From: Bacteroidota bacterium
Lineage (GTDB): Bacteria; Bacteroidota; JABWAT01
Reading direction: 5' to 3'
DNA: 64,000 nt
Assembly (NCBI GenBank): GCA_023151185.1
Contig: JAKLJL010000002.1
Location: 582,288 to 646,287 of the forward strand
The notes beneath the pieces were generated by a model. That model was not told the origin of the DNA. It made no database searches and saw only the letters and a program-made list of their open reading frames with translations. The position numbers were made by a program, and so were the translations under genes. Position 1 is the first letter of the stretch, and each line of letters starts with the position of its first letter. Below are positions 59,652 to 64,000 of this stretch, piece by piece.

Positions 59652-60863
59652 ATGAACCAATTTCCATCAATTAATGAACAAATGGATCTGATCAGGCGGG
59701 GCGTTTCTGATCTGATTCCCGAAGAAGAACTGGTTAAAAAACTGGAGCGGTCAAAGGCAACCGGGAAACCGATTGTCGTTAAACTGGGATGCGACCCTTC
59801 CCGGCCCGACCTGCACATCGGGCATGCAGTAATTTTAAGAAAAATGCGTCAGTTTCAGGATTTAGGACACCATGCCATTCTGATTATCGGCGATTTTACC
59901 GGTATGATCGGTGATCCGACAGGAAAAAGTAAAACACGTCCGCCGTTAACCCTGGAAGAAACCCGGATCAACGGCCGGACTTATACTGAGCAGGCCGTTA
60001 AAATTCTTGATCCGGCCAAACTGGAAATTCTTCATAACTCTGACTGGCTGGGCAAACTGACCTTTGAAGAGGTGGTTAAACTTTCGGCCAAGTTTACCGT
60101 TTCGCAGATGATGGAACGGGATGATTTCCATAAACGCTTCAATCAGGAAATCCCGATTTCCCTCCATGAATTTCTCTACCCCCTGGCCCAGGCACAGGAT
60201 TCAGTTGTCATTAAGGCAGACGTGGAACTTGGCGGAACCGATCAGAAATTCAATCTGCTGATGGGCCGTGAACTGCAACGGGCAAACGGACAGGAACCCC
60301 AGTGTATTCTGACAATGCCGATTCTGGAAGGAACCGACGGGGTTGAAAAAATGTCGAAGTCATTGAATAATTACATCGGGATCACAGAAGACCCGTTCGA
60401 CATGTACGGGAAAACCCTTTCAATTCCGGATTCTTCGATTTACAACTGGTTTGTTCTCTGCACCAATTTCCCAACCGGCCAGCTTGCCGGGCTGAAAGAC
60501 CAGATTTCCTCGGATCCGCGGAATACCAAACGGCTTCTGGCCCGGGAAATTGTAAAGGTCTATTATTCTGAAGCGGAAGCCCGGAAGGCAGAAGAAAAAT
60601 TCGACACGATGTTTATCAAAAAAGATGTGCCGGATGATATTCCTGAAGTCACTCTGACGTACTCTGGCGGTGAGTACAGCCTGACCCAGTTTCTTGCAGA
60701 TCAGGGATTTGTTCCATCGAAGGGGGAAGGCAAACGGCTTATTCAGGGTGGCGGTGTATCGGTCAACGGCGAAAAAATCACGGATCCGAACTACCTCCTG
60801 AAAGAAGGCGGTGAAAAAATCGTTAAGGCCGGCAAACGGAATTTCGTTAAAATTCTGAAGTAA
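59652..60863 (+). CDS. tyrS: Tyrosine--tRNA ligase
   Basis: HIGH motif (DLHIGHAV) and KMSKS motif (KMSKSLNN), with a C-terminal S4-like domain. ATG at 59652 is 1 nt after the smpB stop. The ORF track start at 59523 would overlap smpB. Confidence 0.9.
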   Translation: MNQFPSINEQMDLIRRGVSDLIPEEELVKKLERSKATGKPIVVKLGCDPSRPDLHIGHAVILRKMRQFQDLGHHAILIIGDFTGMIGDPTGKSKTRPPLTLEETRINGRTYTEQAVKILDPAKLEILHNSDWLGKLTFEEVVKLSAKFTVSQMMERDDFHKRFNQEIPISLHEFLYPLAQAQDSVVIKADVELGGTDQKFNLLMGRELQRANGQEPQCILTMPILEGTDGVEKMSKSLNNYIGITEDPFDMYGKTLSIPDSSIYNWFVLCTNFPTGQLAGLKDQISSDPRNTKRLLAREIVKVYYSEAEARKAEEKFDTMFIKKDVPDDIPEVTLTYSGGEYSLTQFLADQGFVPSKGEGKRLIQGGGVSVNGEKITDPNYLLKEGGEKIVKAGKRNFVKILK

Positions 60864-60908
60864 CGTTACCCAGGAATGGCGGGATCAGGAAGCCTTTCCG
60901 GAAAAATC

Positions 60909-61955
60909 TTATCCTTTAAACCGGACTTCCTGCCAGGTTCCGGTTTCTGCAGATTTCATCGCCAGTTCCATGAGATAGACCTGAAAATGCCCGTCGGAAA
61001 AGGTAGCAACACCTTCGGGGCCATTCCCGTCTACCCAACTGATGAAATCGGAAAAGACCTCGAACTGACCGTGGGTATTAAATCTGGACGGTTCCACCCC
61101 GATGACCTCGTCTTCGTCGTTATACCGTTTCAGAATGATTTTATCCTCTTCCCGTTCCCGCCAGAGAAGTCCCTTTCGGGTACCCGAAATTTCGACCCAC
61201 ATATCCGAACCGATATGGCCGGCCGCAGTCTGGCAAAAGGTAAAAACACCCTGTGCCCCTGAGGTAAACCGGATCATCAGCGTTCCGTAATCCTCATTCT
61301 CAATTTTAATCCACTCTCCCGAGGGTTTTTTCCGCATGGGGATAAGGGTTTGCTTTTCGTAAAAAACAGATCTCGGGGTCAGGCCGGAGACAAACAGGGA
61401 CATATCCACCAGATGGGATCCGATATCTGCCAGAGCCCGTGAGACTTCACCGTTGGCCGGATCAACCCGCCAGTTCCAGGTTTGCGGAAACAGGAGCCAA
61501 TCCTGAAGATAATTCCCCCGGATCAGTAAAATATCGCCCAGTTCCCCGGCTTCAATCATTTGCCTGATCTGACGAACGGCCGGGAAGCCACGGCGGTTGT
61601 AATTTACAACATTGGCAACAGGTTTCCCCTTAAGGGCTTCCATCATCCCTTTGGTTTCGGCGGTATTGCGGCCAAGGGGTTTTTCGGCATAAATCGGTTT
61701 GCCAAGTTTCAGGCATTCCATATTTACCTCGAAGTGCAGATGGTTGGGAGTATTGTTGATGACGATGTCGATAGAGGGCGAGTTAACCAGTTCATTCCAG
61801 GACTGGAACGGTTTGGTGTCGTACAAGTCGGCATAAACATTCGACGAGTGGGCAGAAGAGCCGGTAACGCCGGCTAACTGATGACCGGTTTTCTGAACGA
61901 TATCAATATACCGCTGCCCGATGATCCCCATTCCGATTAATCCAACCCGATGCAT
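60909..61955 (-). CDS. Gfo/Idh/MocA family NAD(P)-dependent oxidoreductase
   Basis: N-terminal Rossmann GLIGMGIIGQRY and an EKP motif (YAEKPLG). Confidence 0.75.
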   Translation of the reverse strand: MHRVGLIGMGIIGQRYIDIVQKTGHQLAGVTGSSAHSSNVYADLYDTKPFQSWNELVNSPSIDIVINNTPNHLHFEVNMECLKLGKPIYAEKPLGRNTAETKGMMEALKGKPVANVVNYNRRGFPAVRQIRQMIEAGELGDILLIRGNYLQDWLLFPQTWNWRVDPANGEVSRALADIGSHLVDMSLFVSGLTPRSVFYEKQTLIPMRKKPSGEWIKIENEDYGTLMIRFTSGAQGVFTFCQTAAGHIGSDMWVEISGTRKGLLWREREEDKIILKRYNDEDEVIGVEPSRFNTHGQFEVFSDFISWVDGNGPEGVATFSDGHFQVYLMELAMKSAETGTWQEVRFKG

Positions 61956-62129
61956 ATAACCTCCAGGATGCTGTATGACTAGGTGAGCACTCTGGTGAAA
62001 TTACCACTGAACCTACTGAATATCAATAGGTGTTTTAATCTTTTAATCCGGCAGGAGGTTTCAGAAAACAACCGGGAGCAACTACCACCCGGCTTTCAGA
62101 ACCAGGTGGCAACGGCTGGGCTGCAGGAG

Positions 62130-63662
62130 TTAGTGCAGATGAAGATCTTTGTGCAGAACCTTCCGGGTCTCCTTCAGCCGGTCATCGGGTGGCAGAGCCG
62201 CCAGTTGCCGGTTCAGGTTTTCATCATATTCAGCAGAAAGCTGCCTGGCCAGGTATTCAATCAGGCTGGTCGGGAATATTCCGTCTTTTTCGTACAGGTT
62301 TCTTTTTTCGAGGAGAAGCCGGGCAGATTCCACACAGCTTTTCGGAAGCGGCGTCAGGCGGTTCCAGATTTCCTTATTTTCAAAAATATTTCCCCTGACG
62401 TACAACTCTTCAGCCGTTTTCACGCCGGCGGCATCTGCAAGACCGGATTCGGCTGCCAGAATAATTCCGGCAAGCAGCAAATGAACATAGGCACTTCCGT
62501 CTCCGGTTCTGAGTTCAACCGTCTGGCGGCTGTCTGCATCCAGATAGGGTTCGGTCTGTGCAGGGTTAACCAGTTTCGCCAGATCGGGTACATTCGACCA
62601 GCCCAGCGGGACTCTGACCATGGCACTGCGGTTCATATCACTCCAGCAGACCCGGGTCGGGGCTTCCTGATCGGGAACCAGACGAAGGTAGGAAGACGCA
62701 ACCGTGTTTCCGAAAGCTGTCAGGGAGTCCGCATACCGGCAAAGACCGCCGATTACTTTCAGGGCCGGATCAGACAGAGTCCCTTCGGGACGGACCATCT
62801 GGTTATGTCCGTTTTTCATCAAGGCCATGTGGACATGAAGTCCTGAACCGGCAATTCCCTCTTCCAGTTTGGGTGTAAAGGTTGCCACCATTCCATGCCG
62901 GTAAGCCACATTCCGGATAATCCAGCGGGCCAGAACCAGATGATCTCCCATTTCATCAGCCGGAACAGGAAGAAACTCAATTTCAACCTGTTCAGCCTGC
63001 TTACCGTTGATTTCAGTCAATTCAGAAACCAGATTTTCAACATAGCCGACTTCATAATGCCCATATTTCACGGCGCCCGTGATGGAAGAAATGTGGTTCA
63101 GCATTTCATTCAGAACCGAACCTGATTTAGCAAACGGCGAAGAGGCATGGTATCCCCGCTGTTTCGGATTTGGGAAAAGGTGGTCTTCTTCCTTCCGGAT
63201 CAGGAAGAATTCAAGTTCACCCAGGGCATGCAGTTCATAACCGGTCGACTTTTTAAAAAACTCATGGGCTTTATGGACCACGTTATCCAGAGCAAACGGG
63301 ACCCGTTCTCCATTTCTGTTGATGAACCGGCAGATAAAATCCAGACTTCCAGGATCAAACGGATTCAGAAAGGCAGTTTTATAATCCGGGATGACATACA
63401 AATCAGAAACAGCAGCATCCACCAGCCCCTTAAACAGGGATGAGCCATCTGCACGTTCACCATTTGCCAGAATCCGTTCGGCTTGTTTCCGGTTCTGAAC
63501 CGGGATTTTAAGTTCTTTCAGTTTTCCGTCAAGGGCAGTATAGTGGAAGGTAATCCGTTCAATCTGGCGGGTCACCAGGATATTCATCAGATCCTGGCGG
63601 GTTAAGTCATGCGGATCTTTTCCGGTTAACAGCGTAATCGGATTGGTCAGGGCCAAAGACAT
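62130..63662 (-). CDS. glnA: Glutamine synthetase family protein (gamma-glutamyl ligase catalytic domain)
   Basis: 510 aa. N-terminal beta-grasp region and catalytic-domain motifs, including GSGLHVHMAL (like GSGMHxHxSL) and a C-terminal Arg-rich nucleotide site. Confidence 0.7.
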   Translation of the reverse strand: MSLALTNPITLLTGKDPHDLTRQDLMNILVTRQIERITFHYTALDGKLKELKIPVQNRKQAERILANGERADGSSLFKGLVDAAVSDLYVIPDYKTAFLNPFDPGSLDFICRFINRNGERVPFALDNVVHKAHEFFKKSTGYELHALGELEFFLIRKEEDHLFPNPKQRGYHASSPFAKSGSVLNEMLNHISSITGAVKYGHYEVGYVENLVSELTEINGKQAEQVEIEFLPVPADEMGDHLVLARWIIRNVAYRHGMVATFTPKLEEGIAGSGLHVHMALMKNGHNQMVRPEGTLSDPALKVIGGLCRYADSLTAFGNTVASSYLRLVPDQEAPTRVCWSDMNRSAMVRVPLGWSNVPDLAKLVNPAQTEPYLDADSRQTVELRTGDGSAYVHLLLAGIILAAESGLADAAGVKTAEELYVRGNIFENKEIWNRLTPLPKSCVESARLLLEKRNLYEKDGIFPTSLIEYLARQLSAEYDENLNRQLAALPPDDRLKETRKVLHKDLHLH

Positions 63663-63682
63663 AGGTTCTCCATGGTTTAATC

Positions 63683-63714
63683 AGAAAAAAAACCCGGTGT
63701 GGTCGGCACCGGGT
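63683..63714 (-). terminator. Rho-independent terminator after the H+-PPase gene
   Basis: On the minus strand: CCCGGTG-ccgacca-CACCGGG stem-loop followed by TTTTTTTTT. Confidence 0.55.
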
Positions 63715-63722
63715 CAGGAAAA

Positions 63723-64000
63723 TCAGGCTTCAATTCTCATTGCATAGAACGACCGCCAGACAAATACTGCCGAGATCAGGAAGAAGATCAGGGCAATTGC
63801 CGAAGTCAGTCCCGAGCCGCCTTCAGATGACATACTGACGGCCAGTTCAACTGCCAGAAGTCCGAAAAGCGTGGTAAATTTAATCACCGGGTTCATGGCG
63901 ACTGAGGAAGTATCTTTAAACGGATCGCCAACAGTATCCCCAACGACAGTAGCCGCATGCAGTTCAGTTCCCTTTTCGTGCAGTTCGGTTTCTACAATTT
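63723..64000 (-). CDS. hppA: Membrane-bound proton/sodium-translocating pyrophosphatase, 3' end (5'-truncated by the window edge)
   Basis: The minus-strand translation ends ...GDTVGDPFKDTSSVAMNPVIKF...MRIEA*. This matches the conserved GDTxGDPxKDTxGP C-terminal block of H+-PPases. Confidence 0.75.
   Translation of the reverse strand, partial: IVETELHEKGTELHAATVVGDTVGDPFKDTSSVAMNPVIKFTTLFGLLAVELAVSMSSEGGSGLTSAIALIFFLISAVFVWRSFYAMRIEA

Noticed and set aside
1-64000. CRISPR arrays, rRNA/tRNA genes, IS elements
   Set aside because: No regularly spaced direct repeats, no tRNA-like T-loop/acceptor pairs in any gap of 45 nt or more, and no transposase-like ORFs. All larger gaps are 234 nt or shorter.

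Overview
This 64 kb window is dense, almost gap-free chromosomal sequence of about 50% GC. It comes from an FCB-group (Bacteroidota-like) bacterium. Three things support that: a type IX secretion system (T9SS) porU-porV gene pair, at least three proteins ending in T9SS C-terminal sorting domains, and a Bacteroides-type promoter motif (TTTG-N20-TATTTTTG) upstream of glgA. Most of the window is housekeeping: pepQ, gltP-like, ispE, glgA, gmhB-like, rpiB, glyA, tatC, ispB, a BamA-like Omp85, hprK, hpf, xerD, topA, ybeY, hemW, lepB, lepA, smpB, tyrS, a GS-family enzyme and the 3' end of an H+-pyrophosphatase. I found no CRISPR array, no rRNA or tRNA, and no obvious mobile element. The most unusual content is a long co-directional minus-strand gene chain (12.6-30.5 kb) headed by porU-porV. 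Its gene junctions are tight or overlapping, including ATGA-type overlaps. Downstream of porU-porV it carries four notable genes. (i) A CTD cargo protein with an M6-peptidase-like domain whose HExxH zinc motif appears degenerate (ANFGN...LGLPDLY). (ii) A 1063-aa protein that combines an HExxH/EGxA peptidase-MA-like N-terminus, a PD40 beta-propeller region and an Omp85-type C-terminal beta-barrel. (iii) A fusion of a VTE5-like CTP-dependent polyprenol/phytol kinase with a DUF92 (VTE6-like) domain. (iv) A large TPR protein and a 521-aa outer-membrane barrel. Other points of note are a tandem pair of HU-like genes (one fused to a SPOR domain), a GT2 + DUF2723 pair, small unknown ORFs translationally coupled to ybeY, and a 234-nt structured noncoding gap upstream of an M23 peptidase. 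All calls rest on reading the translations by eye. Family assignments are motif-level and need HMM or BLAST confirmation.
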